Shown one piece after another: positions 50,970-60,715 of a stretch of DNA of 64,000 nucleotides. The DNA lies in assembly GCA_965226495.1 (NCBI GenBank), contig OZ245365.1:96001-160000 (forward strand). Reading direction: 5' to 3'. Source of the DNA: Candidatus Marinacidobacterales bacterium (GTDB lineage Bacteria > Acidobacteriota > Vicinamibacteria > Marinacidobacterales > DATDRI01). The notes under the pieces are model-generated. The model was not told the origin of the DNA. It did not search any database and saw only the letters and a list, made by a program, of their open reading frames with translations. Every line of letters starts with the position of its first letter. Within the stretch, counting starts at the first letter, position 1. The position numbers and the translations under genes were made by a program.

Positions 50970-52208
50970 TCAATGCTCTCCGGGCCGCTTCCGACTCGCG
51001 ACGGTATGAGCAATCGAGGCGAGCCGGCCAGCAAAACTCACTAGCTGCGAAACCTCGATCGCCTCGTCGCTCCCGTGGTAGCCGGCCTGGTTTCCCGGGC
51101 CCCAGCCCACGGCTTGGATGCCAGCGTGCACGAGAGGCTTGGCGAGCGTCCCCCCGCCGATTCCGACTACGCGAGCATCCGGCGCGACTTCGCGAATGAC
51201 ATCGACGATGGGCGCGTCTTCCGGGACCTCTGAGGGAAGCCACTCGAGGATCGTTTCGAAAGACATTCCCGCGCCGGGCAGTTTCGCTTGACGAGCCAGT
51301 TCTTCGAGCTCCGCGAGGATCCCCTGCGTTGATTGCGAGGGCAGGTAGCGTATATCCAGGGTGACGTCGCACGTGGCTGCCACGTGATTCGGTGCCGAGC
51401 CACCCCGAATGAGACCGGTGGTCAGGGTTGGAGGATCAAGGATGGGGTGGGCGTCGAATCGAAAGCGATGCGCCTCGACCCGGTTCAAGAAGCGAGCCGC
51501 GGCATAGATCGCGTTCACGCCTTTGAAAGGGTGCATCGCATGAGCCGACTTGCCCTTGAATTGCACCTTGAGCACGAGACGTCCTTTTTCCGCAACGTTG
51601 ATCTCTCGCATTTCTCCCGCGACGTCGGGAACGATGGCGTCGGTTGCGTCGATGAGACCCTTTTGCAGCAAAAACTCGATGCCGTTGCCCGCACCGACTT
51701 CCTCGTCGGCGACGGCGCCGAAGACGATTTTCCCCGGTATCTCCGCTTCATCCTCCTTCAGGAGCTTGATGGCCGTAAACGCGGACGCGAGGGGGCCCTT
51801 GTTGTCCAAAACCCCCCGGCCATAGAGTCTTCCATCTTGTTAGAAAGGGGAGTAGGGGTCGAAGCTCCAAGCGTCGCGGTCGCCGGTCGGTAGGGTGTCG
51901 GTATGGAGTGGAAGGAAGAGCGTTCGATACGAGGGGTCTCCTCGACCCACGGTAGCCAATAGATTGTCGCGTCCGCGAGTCTTCGTATGAATCTCGTGGC
52001 CGACCCCCCAGGTATCTAGGTAGCTGGCGAGAACGGCGGCAACCCGGCTCTCCATTCCGGGGGCCGGCATGCCATCCGGGCCGTCGCCGGGAAAATCTTG
52101 GGGAGAGTAATTGACAGTACGTTCGCGGCAGAGGCTAAGCGTTAGCTCCACAATGAACTCTCGGGCCTTCTCGGCCCGCTCTACATATCTTGAACCGTAG
52201 ATATTCAT
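50970..52208 (-). pseudogene. M20 (ArgE/DapE-like) metallopeptidase with an in-frame TAA
   Basis: HTD...DPYSPF*QDGRLYGRGVLDNKG...ADEE...GKSAHA...YHGSDE, all in one frame; stop at 51840-51842. Confidence 0.82.
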
Positions 52209-52312
52209 CGGACGCCGCATGCTAAGCGGCGGCTTTCACTGCGTCAAGATCTTGGTCGGGAGGCCCACGAACTTTTTTGACCGGCCGGTTGGTTCTGGTT
52301 ACCATGAAAGAT

Positions 52313-53596
52313 ATGGCTCTTGCGCTTGGGATCTTCGCAATGCTGGCCCTGGCCAACCCCCTTGCTGCACAAAGCATGCAGAGGCAGGCGCTGGGTCCTC
52401 CCTCGCGGGTCGACGTAGAGTCGCTGATCCGGAGTCCGGCTTCCTACCACGAGAGGCTCGTGATGGTGAAGGGGAAACTCCGACAGGGCACTATGGCGGA
52501 TATGCAGAATCAGATTTATGAGCTCCGCGGCGGTAATGCGCTCCGGACCGTCCGTGTCGGCCAACCCGTGGGTTCTATGCGCGACCTACAATACTTAGTA
52601 GGGGGGGAAGTTGAAATCATCGGCATCTTCTGGGATCTGTCGTCGTCGACGGTTTTTGAGCGCGAGCTCCGCGACTACCCCGGAGCCCGGGTGCAGCAGG
52701 ATACCCCGATGGGCGCAAGTATGAGCCAGAGCAACCTCTTCATCGGAGTCGAAGAGGTCACTCCGGTTGAAAAACCGCCCGAGCCGAAGGGGGCCGAGGC
52801 GGAAAAGAGAAAAGACGTCGTCATTCCCGATCTTCCACCCTCGGACCACGTGGATCTGCGCGAACTCATGAGCCATCCGGATCCTCACTACGACAGGCTG
52901 ATCTCAGTGGTAGGTAAATTCCGGGGCGACAACGTGTACAACGACCTGCCTATGCGTACCAAGAAGACGCCGCGAGATTTCATCATCAAGGTTGCCGACG
53001 TTGCGATTTGGGTCACTGGGAAACGACCCCGCGGGAAGGATTTCGAGTTGAACCCGGAGCGACGTCGAGACACCGGCAAATGGCTCAAGGTAACCGGTAC
53101 CCCTTGGACCGATGAAGGGGTCGTCTATCTCAAGGCGAAAAAGATCGAAATGGTACCCAAGCCAGAGGACCCGGACTTGGAGCCACGCAAGGTCGCGGAT
53201 GAGCTTGCCGAGCTCGAGGCGCAAGAGCCGCCTCCGGAGGTCGTTTTTTCGATGCCCCTGACCGGGGAGAAATCGGTGCCGCTCAACAGCGAGTTCCGAA
53301 TCCAGTTCTCAAAGGACATGGATATCACGAGCTTCGATCGTAATGTGGATCTCATTTATTCCGACGACGGGCCAGACGACCACTCTTTTCCTGACATGGA
53401 GATTTCGTACGACGGGCCTTCCCGTAGCTTGGTGGTCATCCCCGGCAAGGGACTCGAGCCGGGCAGAGAGATCCGCGTGATTCTCTATCGGGGGATTACC
53501 GACAACGATGGCCGACCCTTGGTACCGGAGCCCGACGCGAGCGAGGTTCCAGAAGCCGCGGTCATCCTGAGCTTTTTCACGGAAGAGCCGCTCTGA
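52313..53596 (+). CDS. Secreted protein with two OB-fold-like repeats and a C-terminal Ig-like (Big_5-like) domain
   Basis: Signal peptide; VDVESLIRSPASYHERLVMVKGKLR vs VDLRELMSHPDPHYDRLISVVGKFR; PPEVVFSMP...IQFSKDMD. Confidence 0.65.
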   Translation: MALALGIFAMLALANPLAAQSMQRQALGPPSRVDVESLIRSPASYHERLVMVKGKLRQGTMADMQNQIYELRGGNALRTVRVGQPVGSMRDLQYLVGGEVEIIGIFWDLSSSTVFERELRDYPGARVQQDTPMGASMSQSNLFIGVEEVTPVEKPPEPKGAEAEKRKDVVIPDLPPSDHVDLRELMSHPDPHYDRLISVVGKFRGDNVYNDLPMRTKKTPRDFIIKVADVAIWVTGKRPRGKDFELNPERRRDTGKWLKVTGTPWTDEGVVYLKAKKIEMVPKPEDPDLEPRKVADELAELEAQEPPPEVVFSMPLTGEKSVPLNSEFRIQFSKDMDITSFDRNVDLIYSDDGPDDHSFPDMEISYDGPSRSLVVIPGKGLEPGREIRVILYRGITDNDGRPLVPEPDASEVPEAAVILSFFTEEPL

Positions 53597-53622
53597 GGCT
53601 CGCTGGGGATGAGGGGAGCGGG

Positions 53623-55593
53623 CTAGCGACGTCCAAGGTCGCGATTCTTCTTCTTGTCCCGGTACATCCGCTCGTCCGCGAGCTGGATGAGCTCCTCTTT
53701 GGTATGAGCCTCACTGGGGTAGGTGGCCACTCCGATGCTTGCTCCCAGCCTTTCATTCAAACCCTCGTCCCTCAGGAAGATGTGGTGGCAGATGATCTTG
53801 CGGATGCGCTCGCCTAGGCGCTTTGCGAGAGCGAGGTCGGTGTCGGGCAGAATGACCACGAACTCATCTCCGCCGTAGCGAGCGGCGATGTCCGTCTCCC
53901 TCACCGCGGCACGTAGCAAGAACCCTACGGCTCGGAGGACTCGACTGCCCCGGAGGTGGCCGTGCGTGTCGTTTATCAGCTTGAATCGATCCAAGTCGAT
54001 GAAAATGAGGGAAAGCCGGGAGCGATGGCGTGCCACGAGCTTGATCTCGCGATCTAAGGCCTGGTGGAAGTAGCGGAAGTTGAAGAGTGAGCTGACATCG
54101 TCGAGGATGGAGTTCTCTTTGGTCTGCTGGTAGAGCTTTACGTTCTCGACGGCCACCGAGATCTGCTTCGATAACTGACTGAGCAGTGTTAGGTCCCGTT
54201 TCGAATAGGTCCCGGCTCGACGGCTACCAAGTCCAAAAGTCCCCACCACTTTTCCGCGCGACTCTAATGGAAGAATGATGTACGAACGGATTCCATCCTC
54301 GTAGAAGATCTCGTCCTCAATGAACTGCTGTCGTTCGCGAGTATCGGTGTGAATGAAATGCCGTTCGTTTAGCACGACCCAGCCGGGCCCGGTACCCACG
54401 ACCGGGATGATCGACTCCATACCCCAACCTGAGTCGACTCGCGAGCCGGAAGCGAAAATACGAAGGTAACTTCCCGACTCGTCCAAGATGGCAACCGAGA
54501 GCCGATCGAACGGGATCAACTTCGCCATCTCCGACGCGAAGGAATCGAACACTTCTTCGATCTGTAGGCTGCTGCTGATGATCCGCCCGATGTTGTTCAG
54601 GACGGTGATCTGTTTCGTCTGCGCCGCAGACCGTTGAAACAAAAGGGCGTGCTCCACCGCTATGCCGATCTGGTTTCCAATGGAGGTGAAGAAGTCGAAG
54701 TCGAAGGTAGGAACGAGCTGATGGGTGCTGATGACCAGATGCATGACCCCTAGCACCCGGTTCTTCGAGCGGAGCGGGACCGCCGCTACCGCACCGATTC
54801 CGTCGCAGCCGGCAAGGAGTTTGGCGAGCCGTGGGTCGCCGTCCAAGCCGTCTAGCAAGACCGGCTGGCCGCCCAACGCCTGAGTGGCGAGGGGACATGA
54901 CTCAGGTGTTAGCGTCGTCCCGGGGGACGCTGGGGTATTTCCTCGGCCCCGCAGGTCTGGCACGCCCTCCGAACCTTGATTGCTGATAATCTTGAACGCT
55001 TCACGATCCTCGAGCCAGAGAAGCATTTCACCATAAAGGCCGCCGCTCGCCTCCATCACTGCAGCCAGAGAATCAGAGAGGATCTCCCTCAGCTCCAGCG
55101 AATTGCTGATCGCGGAAGATAGAGAATTGAGAACCGTCAGCTTTAGGTTATGAAAAAGCACCTCCTGCTGCAGAAGTCTCTCTTTGCTGATGTCGCGGAA
55201 GGTCGCTTGAACGATCTGGTTGCCACCGAAGCCGATCAGCGCCCCTTTGACCTCCACCGGGATACGGTTCTGATCCTTCGTCTCCAACGACAGGTCGTCA
55301 TAGGCGTAGCTGCCTTGCTTGGCCATCTTGCGGAGGTAGCTAATTGCCTTTTCGCGCGAGCTGCGAGGGTGAAGGTCGTCGAGTCGAAGGTCGAGGAGCT
55401 CTTCGCGATTATAGCCGGTGAGACGCTCGGCGGTTTTGTTGGCGTCGATCACAGCCCGCGTTTCGATGTCGAACAGAAGGAGTGCTTCTACTCCTTCTTC
55501 GAAACACACTCGATGGAGCCAGCCGGGCGGAGCCGACACTCCGGCGACACGCCTTGCCTTATTGCTGTCTCCGATGGGACGAGGGCCCTTCAT
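53623..55593 (-). CDS. Diguanylate cyclase (PAS-GAF-GAF-GGDEF)
   Basis: DLDRFKLINDTHGH, RETD I-site, RYGGDEF; PAS and two GAF segments. Confidence 0.92.
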   Translation of the reverse strand: MKGPRPIGDSNKARRVAGVSAPPGWLHRVCFEEGVEALLLFDIETRAVIDANKTAERLTGYNREELLDLRLDDLHPRSSREKAISYLRKMAKQGSYAYDDLSLETKDQNRIPVEVKGALIGFGGNQIVQATFRDISKERLLQQEVLFHNLKLTVLNSLSSAISNSLELREILSDSLAAVMEASGGLYGEMLLWLEDREAFKIISNQGSEGVPDLRGRGNTPASPGTTLTPESCPLATQALGGQPVLLDGLDGDPRLAKLLAGCDGIGAVAAVPLRSKNRVLGVMHLVISTHQLVPTFDFDFFTSIGNQIGIAVEHALLFQRSAAQTKQITVLNNIGRIISSSLQIEEVFDSFASEMAKLIPFDRLSVAILDESGSYLRIFASGSRVDSGWGMESIIPVVGTGPGWVVLNERHFIHTDTRERQQFIEDEIFYEDGIRSYIILPLESRGKVVGTFGLGSRRAGTYSKRDLTLLSQLSKQISVAVENVKLYQQTKENSILDDVSSLFNFRYFHQALDREIKLVARHRSRLSLIFIDLDRFKLINDTHGHLRGSRVLRAVGFLLRAAVRETDIAARYGGDEFVVILPDTDLALAKRLGERIRKIICHHIFLRDEGLNERLGASIGVATYPSEAHTKEELIQLADERMYRDKKKNRDLGRR

Positions 55594-55931
55594 TCGAGCT
55601 TGCCTCCGTGGCTCCGCTGGCTCAATCGATGATTGGAAACGGCCGCCTAACAGCTTCCAACAACGTAGGTTGGAGAGACGTCTTAGAAGTTAAAGAAGGA
55701 TAGCCGATGGTAAGCCTTGACGTCAAGTAACGGCAGGGCACGAGTATCGCTGAAAGGCCCTGGACGACCCCAAAGGACGGCTGGAACTCTTCGCCCGGGC
55801 CGTTCCGTGAAGGCCCGGACAGCCGTGGGTCGTTCGCTCGTCTTTATGCTAAGATTTGGGGAGCTCATCAGGGACATTTTCTGCAGAAGCGTGGGGAGAC
55901 GGTTCCCTGTAAACCCCTAGAAAAGCGGGCT

Positions 55932-56369
55932 TTGATGTACGAGATCATTCAAGACATTCTGGATGCCAAAAAGCTCACGCAACGCGTAGCGAGCAACAAG
56001 GACGGGGCGCTGGTGACTTTCGCCGGCATCGTCCGCGGAAACAACCTGGGCAAGAAGGTGCTCTTTCTGGAGTATGAGGCCTACCCGGAAATGGCTATCA
56101 AAATGATGAAACGCATTGGCGACGAGATCCGGACGACCTGGGGGCTGACCAGCGTCGCGATGCATCATCGGGTTGGACGACTCAATGTCGGCGAGACCAG
56201 CATTCTTATCGTCGTATCTGCCCCCCATCGGGACGACGCTTTCGCGGCCTGTCAATACGCCATCAATCGGTTCAAACGCACCGTGCCCGTTTGGAAGAAA
56301 GAGGTTTTCGAAGACGGCGAGGTGTGGGTCGAGGGTCCTACTGAGGCGGTGAAGGCGGCGAAGGAATGA
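55932..56369 (+). CDS. moaE: Molybdopterin synthase catalytic subunit
   Basis: GALVTFAGIVR, LEYEAY, HRVG, VPVWKKE. Confidence 0.93.
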   Translation: MMYEIIQDILDAKKLTQRVASNKDGALVTFAGIVRGNNLGKKVLFLEYEAYPEMAIKMMKRIGDEIRTTWGLTSVAMHHRVGRLNVGETSILIVVSAPHRDDAFAACQYAINRFKRTVPVWKKEVFEDGEVWVEGPTEAVKAAKE

Positions 56370-56611
56370 AAGTTCATCTGAAACTCTTCGCCGGCGTGCG
56401 AGAGATCGCGGGTCAGGAGGAGATGGAGTTGGATGTTACTCAGGGGACTACCGCGGGCGGTCTCTGGGAGAGACTACTCACTGAGCACCCCAAGCTCTCG
56501 CCCTACACCAATATCGTCAAGGTCGCAATCAACCAGGATGTGGTGGATCGTGAAGTCGAGCTCCAGGCGGAAGATGAAGTGGCTTTCCTACCGCCGGTGA
56601 GTGGCGGCTGA
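56366..56611 (+). CDS. moaD: Molybdopterin synthase sulfur carrier
   Basis: LFAGVRE, C-terminal FLPPVSGG. Confidence 0.93.
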   Translation: MKVHLKLFAGVREIAGQEEMELDVTQGTTAGGLWERLLTEHPKLSPYTNIVKVAINQDVVDREVELQAEDEVAFLPPVSGG

Positions 56612-56631
56612 GTCTTCCGATTCGGTGGTCT

Positions 56632-58026
56632 TCAGAGTTTTTCTTTTCGCTGTAGACGTCGTCTGCGGTGTCTGAAGGATTTCCGCCATCGTTCGCGTAG
56701 TGCAAGCGGTAACCTGACATCCTCTTCGACCCGCGTGATGGCGTCCTGGCAGTAGGCGAGGGCACCTGCGAAATCACGCTCGCGGTGCTCCAAATGCTTC
56801 GCCAGCTCCTCTATTGCCTCGATGGCTTCGGGCCCTTCATCAGATGCCAACTCTTTCCACACCGCGGTGGACTCTTCCCATTGTTGGCGACGCTTGAGCT
56901 GCTGCGCCAACTGGCGGAGCGACTGTCTTCGCGCCGGCCCGGAGAGCCCGCTCTCGACCGCCCGACTGTAGTGGCGCATCGACCTCTCCGGGAGGGCGGC
57001 TCTCTCGAATAGGCGACCGAGGCTGTAATCGTCGATGGGGTGCTCGGGCGAGGCATCTTCGTCCAGCATCTCGGAGGCGCACACGGTGAGCGCTGCCAAC
57101 GACACGATGTCGTAACGGTTGTGAGTGAAGACTCGGAAGATGCGGGAGGCATTGCGCGTTCGGACGTAGTCGAAGTACAAACTCGGAATCAGCTCCCCGG
57201 GAACATCCTCGTCGCGCTCGAGATCGAGAAGCACGTACTCCAGGTCCATCAGCCGACAACGGTCGAGTCGGGCCTTCCACAAACTGCGAGCCGGATGGAG
57301 AAGATCAAAATGGGGAAACTCGCTGAGTGGGAATCTCAGACGAGACAGGACAAACCGAGTCTCGAGGAGAGGGATGTCGAAAGTCTTGCCGTTGAAGGTA
57401 ACCAAGCTTTCGAAGCGGGTAAGCAAGTTTGCCAACTCATACAGCATGGCTTCTTCTTCTGGGTAGTCACGCATGAAAAGCTGACGGACCACGAAGCTGT
57501 CATCCTCGATGAAGCCGAGTCCAACCAAGAAAGCGCACGTGCCGGAACCTCCGGTGAGACCGGTGGTCTCGGTGTCGAGAAATACCGCGCGTGATAGATC
57601 GAGCTCGTCGTCCCCCCGAGCGAGAATCGAGAAGGCTGAAGGTGGAACGACCTTGAGTCGGGAGAGGCTCATTCGGCCGTGCCAGTGTTCGAGTGGGTAC
57701 CGATGGTCGACCTGATAGAAAGCGCCCCTTTCGTTCTCGACACGTCTTCCCTCGAGAACCTCGTCGAGTGAGACGATAGGTCCTGGATCCCCGTGAAGAG
57801 CCTTTTCGGGGCGCTCGGCATGAGCCTTGGTGGTGACTGCCACCAGGCGTTCCAACCGTTCTTTGATGGAAAGCGGGTCGTCGTCCGTTGCCTGGCCCAG
57901 GAGCTCGCGTTCAAGGCGGTAGAGGGATTCGCTCGGGCTCGCCGCAGGTGCGGCCGGGGTCCGTCTTGAAGTGTCTGTGGCGGGACGTGACTTGAAGTGC
58001 CGCTCTAGTTTATCCCGAGTGCGCAT
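56632..58026 (-). CDS. RNase H-like (DEDD) exonuclease with C-terminal TPRs, YprB/MrfB-like
   Basis: FLDTETTGL, TFNGKTFD, HNRYD, ELAKHLEHR; directly downstream of the DUF1998 helicase. Confidence 0.85.
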   Translation of the reverse strand: MRTRDKLERHFKSRPATDTSRRTPAAPAASPSESLYRLERELLGQATDDDPLSIKERLERLVAVTTKAHAERPEKALHGDPGPIVSLDEVLEGRRVENERGAFYQVDHRYPLEHWHGRMSLSRLKVVPPSAFSILARGDDELDLSRAVFLDTETTGLTGGSGTCAFLVGLGFIEDDSFVVRQLFMRDYPEEEAMLYELANLLTRFESLVTFNGKTFDIPLLETRFVLSRLRFPLSEFPHFDLLHPARSLWKARLDRCRLMDLEYVLLDLERDEDVPGELIPSLYFDYVRTRNASRIFRVFTHNRYDIVSLAALTVCASEMLDEDASPEHPIDDYSLGRLFERAALPERSMRHYSRAVESGLSGPARRQSLRQLAQQLKRRQQWEESTAVWKELASDEGPEAIEAIEELAKHLEHRERDFAGALAYCQDAITRVEEDVRLPLALRERWRKSFRHRRRRLQRKEKL

Positions 58027-58070
58027 CGGTCGAAGTTAGTCAGGGGCCACTAAGGGTCACTCAGGGCCAG

Positions 58071-60455
58071 TCAGAGATTGACGGGTACGATTCGCTCGAG
58101 GATGGCGAGCGCAACTTCCTTCCCTCTTTCACCCACCTCTCCGACCGGACCGACGCAGGAAGGGCATCCGTCCTTGCAGGGGCAGCTTTCGATGAGCCCC
58201 TTACTCTCTCGGAGGAGCTTGTCGTGGAGTCGGAACAACGGCTCCGAAAAGCCGATGCCGCCAGGGTAGTTGTCGTAGAGGAAGATGTTTGGCTCGTACG
58301 CGGAGCCCATTTCTGAGGTGGGCTCGAGGTGCGGCGTAGCACCCAGCGGTCGTTTGAAACCCTTCTCGACCGAGGCAACTCCTTGCGAATTGTCTCCGAT
58401 CGCAACTCCGATGTCGGAGCGGTCGCACATGAGAAAGAGCATAGCAACCGTCTTGAGTGAGTTGGCCAAACCGACGACACCATCCCGCTTCTGCTCGGAG
58501 TTCACTTCCAATGCGGCCAGCACCTCTCGACGGACCGTAAGCCAGTAGGCCGTCGTGTGCATCTCTTGCTCTGGCATGCTGAGCTCACCGGAGCCCACGT
58601 TCTCGAGTGTGTAAAACTTGATCTTCTTGAAGCCGACGACCTGGGAGATCACGTGGACCTCGCCGTGCGAGCGAACCGAAGTGCCTACCGCGTTGGAGTC
58701 GAATCGATCGAGAATATTGACCTTCGTATAAGTGATGGCGTCGGTGTAGTAATCCGTGTCGCACCGCCGAACGGTCGCTCTTCGTTCGGCGTAGTCGAAG
58801 TGCACCACGTAGTATTGTTGCCCTTCGACGATGTAAATGGCCTTGTCGTGGAGTGTGGAAATTGCGCTAGTGAAGTCGACCTCCGCGATCACGCGCGGGT
58901 TGGTCGTTTCGTCCACGACGACGAAGTTATCGGAGCTTGCCGAGCGCAAGCTCACCTCATCGGCGGGATACGACTCGCTCGTCCAATGCCAGCGGTCACC
59001 CGAATGGTGCACCAGCTGGTGCTCTTCCAGGAAACCCAAGATTTCCTGTAGGTTCTCTTCGCCAAAACTTTCGCCTTGCTGGAATGGTAGCTCGAAGGCA
59101 GCGCACTTTACGTGATCGACCAGGATCGACAGATTGTCGGGATTCACGAGACCATGCTCCGGCGAGCCGGAGAAGAAGTAATCCGGGTGATTGACGACGA
59201 ACTGATTTATCGGACTGCTGTTTGCGACCAGAATCGCGACCGAAGATCCAGTTCTTCGGCCCGAGCGTCCAGCTTGCTGCCAAGTCGACGCGATGGTGCC
59301 GGGATACCCGGCAAGAATCGCGACGTCCAGGTTTCCGATGTCGATTCCGAGCTCGAGGGCGTTGGTCGACACGACCCCCAAAACGCTTCCTTCCCGCAAC
59401 CCTCGCTCGATCTCCCGACGTTTCTCCGGCAAGTATCCCCCGCGGTAGCCGCGAACCAAGTCCCGCGCCGTCACCTCTTTCTCGAGTGCATCCTTCAAGT
59501 AGGTGACCAAAACCTCGGTGTTGAGACGGCTGGTTGCGAAGACGATGGTCTGCAAACCGAGCCTGAGGAAAGAGAGAGCCAGACGGCGTGCCTCGTGGAT
59601 ATAGGACCGCCGGATACCCAACTCTTGGTTGACGACCGGAGGGTTGTAGAAGAGGAAGTACTTCTCTCCCTTTGGTGCCCCGTTGGTGTCGATGAGGCTT
59701 GCCGGGGCATCGATCAATTTCTCGGTCAACTCTTGAGGGTTGGCGATGGTTGCCGAGGAGCAAATGAACTGCGGTTGGGTGCCGTAGAAGGCGCAGATGC
59801 GGTGGAGGCGGCGAAGGATGTTCGTCAGGTGGCTCCCGAACACGCCACGGTACGCATGCACCTCGTCGATGACGATGTAGCGAAGGTTCTCGAACAGCTT
59901 GACCCACTTCGGATGGTGAGGAAGGATGCCGCTGTGAAGCATGTCGGGGTTGGTGACCACGAGATGTCCCCGCGACCGGATCGCTTTCCGCGCGTCCTGC
60001 GGTGTATCTCCGTCATAGGTGAAGGTGCGGATGTCTACGTCCAACTCCCCGATCATGGAATGGAGCTCTGCCAACTGATCCTGGGCAAGAGCCTTGGTCG
60101 GGAAGAGGTACAAGGCTCGGGTTTCAGGGTTGCGCAGCACGGCGTCCAGTACGGGCAGGTTGTAGCAAAGTGTCTTTCCCGAGGCGGTCGGTGTCACCAC
60201 GACGACATTCTCGCCCGCCTGTACCCTCTCGAAGGCTTCGACCTGATGGGAGTAGAGACGTTCGATGCCCCGTTGACGCAAGACCTCGGTCAGGCGAGGA
60301 GAGAGCTCGGGTGGAAAATCGGCGTAACTCCCTGGTAAGGCTGGGTAGTGGCGGAAGGCGGTGATGCCGGGAACTCGGGTGGTTTCGGCCTCGATTTCGG
60401 AGATGGCTTTCCTTAGCGCGAGCGCACGGTCAGCGGGGGCAAGGATCTCCGCCAT
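58071..60455 (-). CDS. DEAD/DEAH helicase with DUF1998, MrfA/Hrq1 family
   Basis: TPTASGKT, DEVH, SAT, ALELGIDIG, QQAGRSGR, YDNYPGGIG, CPCKDGCPSC. Confidence 0.92.
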   Translation of the reverse strand: MAEILAPADRALALRKAISEIEAETTRVPGITAFRHYPALPGSYADFPPELSPRLTEVLRQRGIERLYSHQVEAFERVQAGENVVVVTPTASGKTLCYNLPVLDAVLRNPETRALYLFPTKALAQDQLAELHSMIGELDVDIRTFTYDGDTPQDARKAIRSRGHLVVTNPDMLHSGILPHHPKWVKLFENLRYIVIDEVHAYRGVFGSHLTNILRRLHRICAFYGTQPQFICSSATIANPQELTEKLIDAPASLIDTNGAPKGEKYFLFYNPPVVNQELGIRRSYIHEARRLALSFLRLGLQTIVFATSRLNTEVLVTYLKDALEKEVTARDLVRGYRGGYLPEKRREIERGLREGSVLGVVSTNALELGIDIGNLDVAILAGYPGTIASTWQQAGRSGRRTGSSVAILVANSSPINQFVVNHPDYFFSGSPEHGLVNPDNLSILVDHVKCAAFELPFQQGESFGEENLQEILGFLEEHQLVHHSGDRWHWTSESYPADEVSLRSASSDNFVVVDETTNPRVIAEVDFTSAISTLHDKAIYIVEGQQYYVVHFDYAERRATVRRCDTDYYTDAITYTKVNILDRFDSNAVGTSVRSHGEVHVISQVVGFKKIKFYTLENVGSGELSMPEQEMHTTAYWLTVRREVLAALEVNSEQKRDGVVGLANSLKTVAMLFLMCDRSDIGVAIGDNSQGVASVEKGFKRPLGATPHLEPTSEMGSAYEPNIFLYDNYPGGIGFSEPLFRLHDKLLRESKGLIESCPCKDGCPSCVGPVGEVGERGKEVALAILERIVPVNL

Positions 60456-60715
60456 AGATAGCCTAGGATAGCCGAGTTTGGTGGAGACGTGTCGGCAAAA
60501 TCAACCGCCCCCAGAGGCGATCGGGCATAATATATAGAGCCGCTTGAACTTGCGGCCGATAGACGATAGAATAGTCGAAACGCAGTTTGGGTTCAGATAC
60601 GATTTCCAGACGCCAGAATACGAAGGTGCAGCTAATGGAAGTGGCTAGGTGTCGTTTGGCGACGCCCCAATACGTGGTTGCACGTTAGCGGCGTGGAAAG
60701 GCGTCGGTTCGCCCG

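Noticed and set aside
51840-51842. Recoding (Sec/Pyl or alternative genetic code) of the M20 internal stop
   Set aside because: The codon is TAA, at a non-catalytic position, and TAA terminates many other genes here
55740-55930. Moco riboswitch upstream of moaE
   Set aside because: Expected CCGAG, CCTAAG, GAAA-tetraloop and GCCTCC/GAAAGGAG elements were not found
56632-60455. Helicase plus nuclease pair as a novel anti-phage system
   Set aside because: The architecture matches the known MrfA/MrfB (YprA/YprB) DNA-repair pair and the context is housekeeping
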